From: an uncultured Brachymonas sp.
Lineage (GTDB): Bacteria > Pseudomonadota > Gammaproteobacteria > Burkholderiales > Burkholderiaceae_C
Direction: 5' to 3'
DNA: 64,000 nt
NCBI GenBank assembly: GCA_964413485.1
Contig: CAYPRU010000002.1
Span: 146,748 to 210,747 of the forward strand
The stretch's first letter is position 1. Each line of letters starts with the position of its first letter. The notes below the pieces were generated by a model. It was not told the DNA's origin. It searched no databases and saw only the letters and a program-made list of their open reading frames with translations. Both the position numbers and the translations under genes were made by a program. Shown piece after piece: positions 26,943 to 36,732 of this stretch.

Positions 26943-28019
26943 TCAGTGCGGGAAGGGCCAGACGCGCAGTTTTTGTTTGGACACCGACCAGAGCTTGGCC
27001 AGGCCATGGGGTTCGACGATCAGGAACCAGACGATCAGTGCACCGAAGATGATGAATTCGAAGTGCGTGACAGTGGCAGTGGTGATGTGCATGCCGAACA
27101 GGCCCGCCAGGAACGGCAGGAACTGGGCCAGGAAAATGGGAAGCAGCACGATGAAGGCGGCGCCGAAGAAGCTGCCCATGATCGAGCCCATGCCGCCGAT
27201 GATGACCATGAACAGCAGCTTGAAGGAAATGTCCACGTTGAAGGCACTCGGCTCCCAGGAGCCGAGGTGCACGAAGCCCCACAGCACGCCGGCCATGCCG
27301 ACGATGAACGAGCTGACCGCAAAGGCGGACAGCTTGGCGTACATCGGGCGGATGCCGATCACCGCAGCGGCCACGTCCATGTCGCGGATGGCCATCCACT
27401 CGCGGCCAACCGCGCCGCGTACCATGTTCTTGACCAGCACGGCGGTGAGCACCAGCACGGTCAGGCAGAACAGGTAGCGCGCCACCGGCGTGTCCAGCGG
27501 CAGGCCGAACACCTGCAGGTTGGACACTGACACCGAGCCCGACGAGGAATTGTTGGTCAGCCACTTGATGCGCAGGAACATCCAGTCGGAAAAGGCCTGG
27601 GCGGCCAGGGTAGCCACGGCCAGATACAGGCCCTTCACACGCAGCGAGGGCAGGCCGAACAGGATGCCGAACAGCAGCGCGCACAGCCCGCCGAACAGCA
27701 GCGCCGCCAACAAAGGCATGCCGGGCATGCGGACGAACAGGTTGTAGGCGGCGTAGGCACCCACCGCCATGAAGGCGCCGGAGCCGAGCGAGATCTGGCC
27801 GCAGTAGCCGACCAGCACGTTCACGCCGAGCGCGGCCAGGCACATGATGACCAGTGGAATCAGAATGGCTGTGAACCAGTACGGTGAGGCAATGGCCGGC
27901 ACCACCAGAAACACCACGGCGAGCAGCGCCAGCAGAAAGACGCGGTCCTGCCGGATCGGCAGCATGGCCTGGTCGGCGCGGTAGGTGGTCTTGAATTGGC
28001 CGTTTTCGCGGTACAGCAT
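26943..28019 (-). CDS. LivM-like ABC permease
   Basis: GYCGQISLG, GLYLAVATLA, AIRDMDVAA, IIGGMGS. Confidence 0.93.
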   Translation of the reverse strand: MLYRENGQFKTTYRADQAMLPIRQDRVFLLALLAVVFLVVPAIASPYWFTAILIPLVIMCLAALGVNVLVGYCGQISLGSGAFMAVGAYAAYNLFVRMPGMPLLAALLFGGLCALLFGILFGLPSLRVKGLYLAVATLAAQAFSDWMFLRIKWLTNNSSSGSVSVSNLQVFGLPLDTPVARYLFCLTVLVLTAVLVKNMVRGAVGREWMAIRDMDVAAAVIGIRPMYAKLSAFAVSSFIVGMAGVLWGFVHLGSWEPSAFNVDISFKLLFMVIIGGMGSIMGSFFGAAFIVLLPIFLAQFLPFLAGLFGMHITTATVTHFEFIIFGALIVWFLIVEPHGLAKLWSVSKQKLRVWPFPH

Positions 28020-28043
28020 GCCAGTCTCCTTGTGGTGGTCCGC

Positions 28044-28973
28044 TTACACGCGGTCGATGATTTTTTCGCCAAACAATCCCTGCGGCCGGAACAGCAGGAA
28101 CACCAGGGCCAGCACGTAGGCAAACCAGATTTCGATGCCGCCGCCTACCATCGGGCCGAGATAGACTTCGGACAGCTTTTCACCGACGCCGATGATCAGG
28201 CCGCCGATGATGGCGCCCGGCACGCTGGTCAGCCCGCCCAGGATCACCACCGGCAGGGCGCGCAGCGCCACGGTGGTCAGCGAAAACTGCACCCCCAGCT
28301 TGGAGCCCCAGATCATGCCGGCCACCAGCGCCACCACGCCGGCCACGCACCACACGATCACCCAGATGCGGTTGAGTGGAATGCCGATCGATTGCGCCGC
28401 CTGGTGGTCGTCCGCCACGGCGCGCAGGGCGCGGCCGGTGGTGGTTTTCTGGAAGAACAGCGACAGGGCGGCTACCAGCACGGCCGCGATCACGCCGGCG
28501 ATCAGGTCTTCCTTGTTGATCAGTACACCGCCGGGAATGGTGCCCTCGAGGATGGACATCGGCTCCTTGGGCATGCCGATGCGGATGGAGTAGCTCTCGC
28601 TGCCGAACACGATCTGGCCGACTCCTTCGAGCAGGTAGGTGATGCCCAGCGTGGCCATCAGCAACGTGGCGCCCTCCTGGTTGACCAGATGGCGTAGCAC
28701 GAAGCGCTCGATCGCCCAGGCCACCACGAACATCACCAGCGCCGCGCCGGCAAAGGCAAGCAGGTTGGCCAGCACCATGCTGCCAATGCCCAGGTAGTGG
28801 GGAATCCATTCGGACAGGCGCGCCATGGCCAGCGCGGCAAACAGCACCATGGCGCCCTGGGCGAAGTTGAACACGCCGGATGCCTTGAAGATCAGCACGA
28901 AGCCAAGCGCCACCAGTGCATACAGCATGCCGGTCATCAGGCCGCCGAGCAGGGTTTCGAGAAAAAATCCCAT
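28044..28973 (-). CDS. LivH-like ABC permease
   Basis: YALVALGFVLIFKASGVFNFAQG, GRALRAVADD, ILGGLTS. Confidence 0.93.
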   Translation of the reverse strand: MGFFLETLLGGLMTGMLYALVALGFVLIFKASGVFNFAQGAMVLFAALAMARLSEWIPHYLGIGSMVLANLLAFAGAALVMFVVAWAIERFVLRHLVNQEGATLLMATLGITYLLEGVGQIVFGSESYSIRIGMPKEPMSILEGTIPGGVLINKEDLIAGVIAAVLVAALSLFFQKTTTGRALRAVADDHQAAQSIGIPLNRIWVIVWCVAGVVALVAGMIWGSKLGVQFSLTTVALRALPVVILGGLTSVPGAIIGGLIIGVGEKLSEVYLGPMVGGGIEIWFAYVLALVFLLFRPQGLFGEKIIDRV

Positions 28974-28995
28974 TGTCTAGTCTCCTTGAGGCGGT

Positions 28996-29781
28996 TCAGT
29001 GGCTGGCGCCCAGGTAGGCCCGGATCACGTCTTCGTTGTTGCGCACTTCGTCGGGGCTGCCGTCGCCGATCTTCTTGCCGTAGTCCAGCACCACCACGCG
29101 GTCGGAAATGTCCATCACCACGCCCATGTCGTGCTCGATCAGCACGATGGTGGTGCCGAACTCGTTGTTCACTTCCAGGATGAAGCGGCTCATATCCTGC
29201 TTCTCCTCGACGTTCATGCCGGCCATGGGTTCGTCCAGCAGCAGCACCTGCGGTTCCATGGCCAGTGCGCGGCCCAGGTCGACGCGCTTTTGCAGGCCGT
29301 AGGGCAGGGTGCCCACGGGCGTCTTGCGATAAGCCTGGATTTCGAGAAAGTCGATGATGCGTTCGACGAACTCGCGGTGGCGGATTTCCTCACGCTCGGC
29401 TGGCCCCAGGCGCAGCGCCTGCAGCAGGATGTTGCTCTTGATCTTGAGGTTGCGCCCGGACATGATGTTGTCGAGCACGCTCATGCCCTTGAACAGGGCC
29501 AGGTTCTGGAAGGTGCGGGCCACCCCCATCTCCGCCACCTGGCGGCTGTTCATGTGGGCAAAGGTCCTGCCGCGGAAGGTGATGCTGCCTTCGGTGGGCG
29601 TGTACACGCCGTTGATGCAGTTGAGCATCGAGCTCTTGCCGGCGCCGTTGGGGCCGATGATGGCGCGGATTTCGTGTTCCTTCACATTGAAGGAAATGTC
29701 GGTCAGCGCCTTCACGCCGCCGAAGCGCAGACTGATGTTCTGGATATCAAGAATGACGTCGCCGATCGCCTTGCTGGTCAT
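28996..29781 (-). CDS. LivG-like ABC ATPase
   Basis: GPNGAGKS, ARTFQN, LLLDEPMAG, IEHDM. Confidence 0.93.
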   Translation of the reverse strand: MTSKAIGDVILDIQNISLRFGGVKALTDISFNVKEHEIRAIIGPNGAGKSSMLNCINGVYTPTEGSITFRGRTFAHMNSRQVAEMGVARTFQNLALFKGMSVLDNIMSGRNLKIKSNILLQALRLGPAEREEIRHREFVERIIDFLEIQAYRKTPVGTLPYGLQKRVDLGRALAMEPQVLLLDEPMAGMNVEEKQDMSRFILEVNNEFGTTIVLIEHDMGVVMDISDRVVVLDYGKKIGDGSPDEVRNNEDVIRAYLGASH

Positions 29782-29804
29782 GGTGGTTCCTTGTCTCGGT
29801 CGGC

Positions 29805-31739
29805 TCAGGCCGCTGCCCGGGCAGCGGGAAAGGTTTTGGCATCGGCCAGCCTGACGGTGGCGCTGACCTTGCCGGTGCGACCATCCTCGAACTTGACCAG
29901 GGTTTCGATGAACTGCTCGGGCCGGCCCGCGTACAGCGCATCGACCAGCACCTGGTACTTGTCGGCGATGAAGCCGCGTCGTACCTTGCGCGTGCGGGTC
30001 AGCTCGTCATCATCCGGGTCGAGTTCTTTGTGCAGCACCAGGAAACGGGCCACCTGGGTATCGGCCATGCCTGCCTCCAGCGCCAGGTCGGCATTCACCT
30101 TTTCGATGCACTCGCGCAGCATCTCCAGCACCTGCGGCTTGCCGGCCAGGTCCACGTAACCGCCATAAGTCAGGCCATGGCGTTCGGCCCAGTTGCCGAC
30201 CGCCTCGTAGTCGATGTTGATGAAGGCCATGACCTGCTCGCGGTCGTGGCCGAAGCACACCGCTTCCTTGATCTGCGGGAAGAACTTGAGCTTGTTCTCG
30301 ATGTAGTTGGGCGCGAACATGGCGCCGCCGGCGAGCTTGCCCACGTCCTTGGCGCGGTCGATGATGCGCAGCTGGCCGTACTCGTCGATCACGCCGGCAT
30401 CGCCGGTCTTGAAGTAGCCGTTTTCGTCGATCACTTCGGCGGTGGCATCGGGGCGCTTGTAGTATTCCTTGAGCACCGACACGCCCTTGACCAGCACCTC
30501 GCCGTTGTCGGCAATCTTCAGCTCAATGCCGGGGGCGGCCTCGCCCACACTGTTGAGCTGCACGTGGCCGTTTTTCTGCAGGCAGACGTAGGCGCAGGTT
30601 TCAGTCTGGCCGTACAGCTGCTTGAGGTTGACGCCGATGGAGCGGAAGAAACGGAACAGATCGGGCCCGATGGCGGCGCCGGCCGTGTAGGCCACGCGGA
30701 TGCGGCTCAGGCCCAGCACGTTTTTCAGCGGGCCATACACGAACCAGTCGCCCAGCCGGTATTGGATGCGGGCGAACAGGCCCACGGGTTTGCCGTCCAG
30801 AATGTCGCTGCCGACACGGCGTGCCACGTGCATGGCCGCCTGGTACATGCGTTGCTTGAGCTTGCCGGCATCTTCCATGCGGATCGATACCGAGGTGAGC
30901 ATGCCCTCGAACACGCGCGGTGGCGCGAAATAGTAGCTGGGTCCGATCTCGCGCATGTCGATACCGACGGTTTCGGCCGACTCGGGACAGTTGATGGTAT
31001 AGCCGGCCACCAGCCATTGCGCCACCGAAAACAGATGGTCGCCCACCCAGGCCGGCGGCAGGTAGCAGATCATGTTGTCGCCCGGGTGCAGGCCATCCAC
31101 TTCCACGCCGCCACGCGCCGCACCGATGAAGCTGGCATGCGTCTGGCAGACGCCCTTGGGTTTGCCGGTGGTGCCGGAGGTGTACAGAATCACCGACACA
31201 TCGTCCGGCTGGATCTGCTCGACCGACTGCTGGTAGAAGCCAGTGTGCTGCTGCTCGTGCTGGCGGCCCAGTTCGAACAGCGCCTCCACGCTGATCAGGC
31301 CCGGCTCGTCGTAGTTGCGCATGCCGCGCGGATCGTCGTAGACGATGTGCGTGAGGCCGGGCAGGGTTTCGCGCAGTTCCAGCATCTTGTCGACTTGTTC
31401 CTGGTCTTCGGCAAAGACGAAGCGCACGTCGGCATCCTGCAGCACAAAGGCCATTTCGGCGGCAACCGCGTCCTGGTACATGGGCACCGGCACGCCGCGC
31501 AGGCTTTGCACCGACAAGAACATCAGGTACAGGTGCGGGCGGTTGCTGCCCACGATGGCCAGATGGTCGCCGGGCTGGAAGCCCAGGCTGGCCAGGCCGC
31601 CGGCCATCCAGCGTACTTCGTCAGCCGCGCGTTGCCAGGTCCAGGTTTGCCAGATGCCGTATTCCTTTTCACGCAGGGCGTGGTCGTTCGGGCGCTGGCG
31701 GGCATGTTCCTGCAGCAAGCGGGGGAAGGTCATGGTCAT
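29805..31739 (-). CDS. Long-chain acyl-CoA synthetase (AMP-forming)
   Basis: YTSGTTGKPKG, YGQTE, TGDAG, ELTRTRKVRR; GAGGA RBS before ATG 31739. Confidence 0.93.
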   Translation of the reverse strand: MTMTFPRLLQEHARQRPNDHALREKEYGIWQTWTWQRAADEVRWMAGGLASLGFQPGDHLAIVGSNRPHLYLMFLSVQSLRGVPVPMYQDAVAAEMAFVLQDADVRFVFAEDQEQVDKMLELRETLPGLTHIVYDDPRGMRNYDEPGLISVEALFELGRQHEQQHTGFYQQSVEQIQPDDVSVILYTSGTTGKPKGVCQTHASFIGAARGGVEVDGLHPGDNMICYLPPAWVGDHLFSVAQWLVAGYTINCPESAETVGIDMREIGPSYYFAPPRVFEGMLTSVSIRMEDAGKLKQRMYQAAMHVARRVGSDILDGKPVGLFARIQYRLGDWFVYGPLKNVLGLSRIRVAYTAGAAIGPDLFRFFRSIGVNLKQLYGQTETCAYVCLQKNGHVQLNSVGEAAPGIELKIADNGEVLVKGVSVLKEYYKRPDATAEVIDENGYFKTGDAGVIDEYGQLRIIDRAKDVGKLAGGAMFAPNYIENKLKFFPQIKEAVCFGHDREQVMAFINIDYEAVGNWAERHGLTYGGYVDLAGKPQVLEMLRECIEKVNADLALEAGMADTQVARFLVLHKELDPDDDELTRTRKVRRGFIADKYQVLVDALYAGRPEQFIETLVKFEDGRTGKVSATVRLADAKTFPAARAAA

Positions 31740-32003
31740 GCGCTTTCCTCGTTGTCTCATCAAGGGGCAGTGCGGGCGGAGATGTGACACATCACGCCTT
31801 CCTGTATCGAATGTCTTTGCAGAATGCTATCGTTGACTTTGACGTTTGCCTACCTTCAAGCCGACAATCTTGGGGCATTCCCTGTCTGGGACTAACCCTG
31901 ATGGAGCAAAGGGCTTGAAAAGTGGCATAGTCACTGGTGACTTTGTCGGCAAAGTTGCCAATGGGTGACCATTGCCGGCGCTATGTTTCGAAACGGTGTG
32001 TTC

Positions 32004-32729
32004 ATGAAATCAATCCGATCTGCCATCCCCCTGCGCGAGCGCCAGCGTGGTGCCAGCGAGCAGGAATTGCTCGCCATTGCCTGGTGGCCCGAGCTCGATG
32101 CCGCGTGCCAGCAGCGGGTGCGGCAGGATGTTCTGGTTGGAGAGATTCAGGCCGGCGAGCTGCTGTGCCGCGCCGGCCATGCGCCCACCTACTGGTTCGG
32201 TCTGCTGCAGGGGCTGCTGAAGATGACCAACGATTCCAGCACGGGTCCGTCCATCACTTTTTCGGGGCTGGTGCCAGGCGGCTGGTTCGGCGAGGGTACG
32301 CTGCTCAAGCGCGAGCCCTACCGCTACAACATCCAGGCCCTGCGCAACAGCGTTGTGGCGATCTTGCCGATCGATACCTTTCACTGGCTGCTGGAGCAGT
32401 CGCTGGGCTTCAACCGTTTCCTGATGCGCCAGCTCAACGAGCGGCTCGGCCAGTTCATTGCCGCGCGTGAGGTGGAGCGGCTCAGCAGCCCCGACATGCG
32501 GGTGGCGCGCAGCCTGGCGGCACTGTTCAATCCGGTGCTGTTTCCTGCGGTGGGAGAGATGCTGCATATCACGCAGCAGGAACTGGCCTATCTGGTGGGC
32601 TTGTCGCGCCAGCGTGTCAATGAGGCGCTCAATGTGCTGGAAGCACATGGCGCCATCCGTGTGGTGTACGGTGGCCTGATTGTGAACGACCTGCCGATGC
32701 TGCGCACGGGGACGTTCGCACGCCAGTAA
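32004..32729 (+). CDS. Crp/Fnr-family transcriptional regulator
   Basis: GGWFGEG cNMP-binding fold, ITQQELAYLVGLSRQRVN HTH; divergent from the ligase/ABC operon; start could be 31983. Confidence 0.92.
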   Translation: MKSIRSAIPLRERQRGASEQELLAIAWWPELDAACQQRVRQDVLVGEIQAGELLCRAGHAPTYWFGLLQGLLKMTNDSSTGPSITFSGLVPGGWFGEGTLLKREPYRYNIQALRNSVVAILPIDTFHWLLEQSLGFNRFLMRQLNERLGQFIAAREVERLSSPDMRVARSLAALFNPVLFPAVGEMLHITQQELAYLVGLSRQRVNEALNVLEAHGAIRVVYGGLIVNDLPMLRTGTFARQ

Positions 32730-32797
32730 ACACCCGGGTGCGCCGCGTTCCGGCGCGCCTGTTCCATGGAACGGCATTGCGCAGCATAATTCCGTCC

Positions 32798-33865
32798 ATG
32801 ACCACCGACTCCAGCCGCCAGCCGCCACGTTCTTCCCGCACTGCACCGGATGCTTCGCGGCGCACGCTGGCGCTGAAGAAGCCGGTGCCGTCCGAATCCG
32901 GCTCCCGCCCGGCTGCAGCTAGCCCATCGGTCTCCGCCGCAGGGGCTGCGGGCAGAGGGCGCCCGGCTGCGGCCGCGCGCACCCGATCGCCTGCGCAGCG
33001 CACCCAACCGCCCGCACAGCGCGCGGAGCGCGGCAACACCTGGCGCAGCGATGCGCCACCCGCACCGCGTACCTGCCCGCAGACGGCCGAAAGCGCAGAC
33101 ACGGGCATCCGTCTGAACAAGCGCCTAGCCGATCTGGGGCTGTGCTCGCGCCGTGAGGCCGATGACTGGATTGCCCGGGGTTGGGTGCGTGTGAACGGCG
33201 CCGTGGCCACCACGGGACAACGGGTGAGCCCCGACGACCGGGTCATGGTCGAAAAGGCGGCACAGGGCCAGCAGGCCCAGCGCGTGACGATTCTGCTGCA
33301 CAAGCCGGTCGGGTATGTCAGCGGCCAGCCAGAGGATGGGTACCAGGCGGCAGCCAGCCTGATCGGGCCGCACAGCCGCTGGCGGGAGGATCGCAGCCCA
33401 CAGCGATTTGCACCGCAGCAATTGCGCGGGCTGGCGCCGGCAGGCCGGCTCGATATTGACTCGACCGGGCTGCTGGTGCTGACGCAGGATGGCCGCGTGG
33501 CGCGCCAGCTGATCGGCGAAGACAGCACGATGGACAAGGAATATCTGGTGCGGGTGGAGTTTGCCATGCGCGGCGGCGTCGTCAGCCAGAACGTGCAGCA
33601 GGTGTTTCCGGCTGAAAAACTGGCCTTGCTGCGCCATGGCCTGAGCCTGGATGGCAAGGCGCTGCAACCCGCGCAGGTGGATTGGCAAAACCCCGAGCAA
33701 TTGCGCTTCGTGCTGGTGGAGGGCAAGAAGCGCCAGATCCGCCGCATGTGCGAGGCGGTGGGGCTGAAGGTGACAGGCCTCAAGCGCATCCGCATCGGTC
33801 GCGTGGTGCTGGGCAACCTGCCAGTGGGGCAGTGGCGTTATCTGGCGCCGGGTGAGGGTTTCTGA
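32798..33865 (+). CDS. RsuA/RluF-family pseudouridine synthase with long disordered N-terminus
   Basis: S4 domain RLNKRLADLGLCSRREAD, AGRLDIDSTGLL, EGKKRQIRRM. Confidence 0.92.
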   Translation: MTTDSSRQPPRSSRTAPDASRRTLALKKPVPSESGSRPAAASPSVSAAGAAGRGRPAAAARTRSPAQRTQPPAQRAERGNTWRSDAPPAPRTCPQTAESADTGIRLNKRLADLGLCSRREADDWIARGWVRVNGAVATTGQRVSPDDRVMVEKAAQGQQAQRVTILLHKPVGYVSGQPEDGYQAAASLIGPHSRWREDRSPQRFAPQQLRGLAPAGRLDIDSTGLLVLTQDGRVARQLIGEDSTMDKEYLVRVEFAMRGGVVSQNVQQVFPAEKLALLRHGLSLDGKALQPAQVDWQNPEQLRFVLVEGKKRQIRRMCEAVGLKVTGLKRIRIGRVVLGNLPVGQWRYLAPGEGF

Positions 33866-34126
33866 ACCACGCGTCGCGCTGCTGCGTATGCCAGGCGCGG
33901 GGGCAGCGTCTGGCCCGGAATTTGTCAGGAAACCAGGCTTTTCTGACTCATTTGGTGCGGAATTAGAGATTCTTTTGAATCACGTTGAATGCGGTGCGAA
34001 GCCTTGCTGTCCATGCATTTACTGAAACTATTTGCATAAACACCAGCGGTGGATGGCACCGAAAATCTCTATGCTGCAGTGTGGTGCAGCACAAGCGGAA
34101 GAGTTGGGTAAGTGGAAACCCTAGGT

Positions 34127-34188
34127 TTGATCTTTGTCAAACCTGATACATTTCACAAAAATAAAAAGAAAAAGTTGTTTTAGATCAA
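34127..34188 (+). promoter_or_regulatory. Two FNR-like boxes in the paa promoter region
   Basis: TTGAT-CTTT-GTCAA (34127-34140) and TTGTT-TTAG-ATCAA (34175-34188), each one mismatch from TTGAT-N4-ATCAA, in an AT-rich region. Confidence 0.45.
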
Positions 34189-34250
34189 GAAATATGCCGT
34201 CGCACCATCGCGGCGGCTCCGCACAGCACCCACCTTTCATGGAGTAGTTC

Positions 34251-35918
34251 ATGTCCCACCCCCTGTTCGAAAAGCACCGTGCCACTCTGGATGGCGCCCT
34301 CAACGCCATCGCCACCCGTGGCTACTGGTCGCCGTTTGCCGAAATGCCGAGCCCCAAGATTTACGGGGAAACCGCTGCCGCCGACGGCAAGGCCGTGTTC
34401 GAGGCACACCTGGGCAAACAGTTTGAACTGAACCAGCCCGGCCAGACCGGCTGGGGCGGACGCGAGGCTTCTCCTTACGGTATCGCCATGAATGTGCAAT
34501 ACCCGGTGTGCGACCATGAGGTGCTGGTGGCAGCCGGTGAAGCCGCCATGAAGGGCTGGCAGGCCGTTGGTGCAGCCGGCCGCACCGGCATCTGCCTGGA
34601 AATCCTGGATCGTCTGTACCAGCAGAGCTTCGAGATGGGCCATGCGGTCATGATGACCACCGGCCAGGGCTGGATGATGGCGTTCCAGGCGGGCGCTGCG
34701 CACGCGCTGGACCGTGGTCTGGAGGCCATCACCTATGCCTGGCGCGAGCAGGGCTTCGTGCCGGCCGAATCGCACTGGGAGAAGCCGCAGGGCAAGAACC
34801 CGGCGCTGGTCATGAAGAAACACTTCGAAATCGTGGGCCGCGGCGTGGGCCTGGTGATCGGTTGCGGCACCTTCCCGACCTGGAACACCTACCCCGGCCT
34901 GTTTGCCGCGCTGTCCACCGGCAACGCCGTGATCGTCAAGCCGCACAGCAACGCCATCCTGCCGGCAGCCATCACCGTGCGCACCATCCGCGCTGTTCTG
35001 GCCGAAAACGGCATCGACCCCAACCTGGTCACGCTGTGCGTGGCAGACAAGCGCACCGTCACCCAGGCCCTGGCCACCCACCCCTCCGTCAAGTCCGTCG
35101 ATTTCACCGGCAGCAACGTGTTCGGCCAGTGGCTGATCGACAACTGCCGCCAGGCCCAGGTGTATGCCGAGCTGGCTGGCGTGAACAACGTGGTGATCGA
35201 ATCCACCGACTCCTACAAGGCCATGTTGGGCAACCTGGCGTTCACGCTGTCGCTGTACTCCGGTCAGATGTGCACCACCACCCAGGCCGTGATCGTGCCG
35301 GCCGACGGCATTGACACCGATGAAGGCCACAAGAGCTACGACGACGTCTGCACCGATCTGGGCAAGGCCATCGAGCGTTTCCTGACCAAGCCCGAAGTGG
35401 CGCACGCCGTGCTGGGCGCCATGCAGTCCACGGCCACAGCCGAGCGCGTGGACCTGGCCAACAGCGGCCAGCTGGGCAAGGTTGTGCTGGCTTCCAAGAA
35501 GCTGGAAAACCCCGACTTCCCCGGCGCCGATGTGCGTACCCCGGTGCTGCTGGCCTGTGATGCTGCTGATGAAGCTGCCTACATGGAAGAGCGCTTCGGC
35601 CCGGTCAGCTTTGTGGTCAAGGCAGAAAGCGCCGCCGCCGCGCTGGCACTGTCCGAGCGCATTGTGCGCACGCATGGTTCGCTGACCGTGGGCGTGTACT
35701 CCACCAGGCAGGACTACCTGGACGCCATGACCGAAGCCACCTGGCGCGGCAAGGTCGCCCTGTCGATCAACCTGGCCAGTGGTGTGTTCGTGAACCAGTC
35801 TTCCGCCTTCTCCGACTACCACGGCACCGGCGGCAACCCGTCCGCCAATGCCTCCTATGCGGACTCTGCCTTCGTGGCCAACCGCTTCCGCGTGGTGCAA
35901 CGCCGCTACCACGTTTGA
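34251..35918 (+). CDS. paaN: Phenylacetic acid degradation aldehyde dehydrogenase PaaN
   Basis: RGYWSPF, MMAFQAG, TFPTWN, DFTGS, LYSGQMCT, FSDYHGTGGNP. Confidence 0.92.
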   Translation: MSHPLFEKHRATLDGALNAIATRGYWSPFAEMPSPKIYGETAAADGKAVFEAHLGKQFELNQPGQTGWGGREASPYGIAMNVQYPVCDHEVLVAAGEAAMKGWQAVGAAGRTGICLEILDRLYQQSFEMGHAVMMTTGQGWMMAFQAGAAHALDRGLEAITYAWREQGFVPAESHWEKPQGKNPALVMKKHFEIVGRGVGLVIGCGTFPTWNTYPGLFAALSTGNAVIVKPHSNAILPAAITVRTIRAVLAENGIDPNLVTLCVADKRTVTQALATHPSVKSVDFTGSNVFGQWLIDNCRQAQVYAELAGVNNVVIESTDSYKAMLGNLAFTLSLYSGQMCTTTQAVIVPADGIDTDEGHKSYDDVCTDLGKAIERFLTKPEVAHAVLGAMQSTATAERVDLANSGQLGKVVLASKKLENPDFPGADVRTPVLLACDAADEAAYMEERFGPVSFVVKAESAAAALALSERIVRTHGSLTVGVYSTRQDYLDAMTEATWRGKVALSINLASGVFVNQSSAFSDYHGTGGNPSANASYADSAFVANRFRVVQRRYHV

Positions 35919-35928
35919 GGAGCCCCGC

Positions 35929-36729
35929 ATGACGTTCGAAACCATCACGCTGGACATCCAGCAGGGCGTGGCGCGCCTGGCGCTGAACCGCCCGGACAAG
36001 ATGAACAGCTTCAACGGCACCATGCACGATGAGCTGCGTGCCGCGCTGCAACAGGTGCAGGATGACGCCAGCGTGCGCGTGCTGGTGCTGACCGGCAATG
36101 GCCGTGGCTTCTGCGCCGGCCAGGACCTGGCCGATGCCGAAGTGCGCTTCGTGCCCGGCGAAGGCACCCCGCCCGATCTGGGTGATGTGGTCGAGCGCCG
36201 CTACAAGCCGCTGGTGCTGCAGCTGGCCAGCCTGCGCGTGCCGACCATCGCCGCCGTCAACGGCATTGCCGCCGGTGCCGGCGCCAGCCTGGCGCTGGTG
36301 TGCGACATGGTGGTGGCCACCGCATCGGCGGCCTTCATGCTGCCGTTCGCCAAGATTGGCCTGATTCCCGATACCGCCTGCTCCTGGATCGTGCCGCAGC
36401 GCCTGGGCTTTGCCCGCGCCATGGGCCTGGCCATGACCGGCGAGAAGCTGCCGGCGGCCAAGGCGGCCGAGTGGGGTCTGATCTGGGAAGCCGTGGCGGA
36501 TGCCGACTTTGCCGCCCGCATCGATGCGCTGGCCGCACAGCTGGCCGCCATGCCGACCAAGGCGCTGGTGCGCACGCGCCAGGCCATGCTGACGGCCTCC
36601 AGCCACACGCTGGAACAGCATCTGACGCTGGAAGGCATGCTGATGCGCGAAATGGGCCGCAGTGCCGACTATGTGGAAGGCGTGTCTGCCTTCCTGGAAA
36701 AACGCGCACCGCGCTTTACCGGAGCCTGA
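35929..36729 (+). CDS. paaG: Ring-1,2-epoxyphenylacetyl-CoA isomerase
   Basis: GRGFCAGQDL, GAGASLALVCD, IGLIPD, DYVEGVSAF; paa context. Confidence 0.9.
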   Translation: MTFETITLDIQQGVARLALNRPDKMNSFNGTMHDELRAALQQVQDDASVRVLVLTGNGRGFCAGQDLADAEVRFVPGEGTPPDLGDVVERRYKPLVLQLASLRVPTIAAVNGIAAGAGASLALVCDMVVATASAAFMLPFAKIGLIPDTACSWIVPQRLGFARAMGLAMTGEKLPAAKAAEWGLIWEAVADADFAARIDALAAQLAAMPTKALVRTRQAMLTASSHTLEQHLTLEGMLMREMGRSADYVEGVSAFLEKRAPRFTGA

Positions 36730-36732
36730 TGC

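Noticed and set aside
31800-31970. Candidate Crp-regulator sites (TTGTCGGC on both strands; ACTTTG-N4-CAAAGT)
   Set aside because: Short and degenerate; a site cannot be defined without comparative data.
33968-33981. GATTC-TTTT-GAATC as a PaaX operator
   Set aside because: Spacing does not fit the widely spaced PaaX half-sites as I recall them, it is far from the start, and no paaX is in the window.
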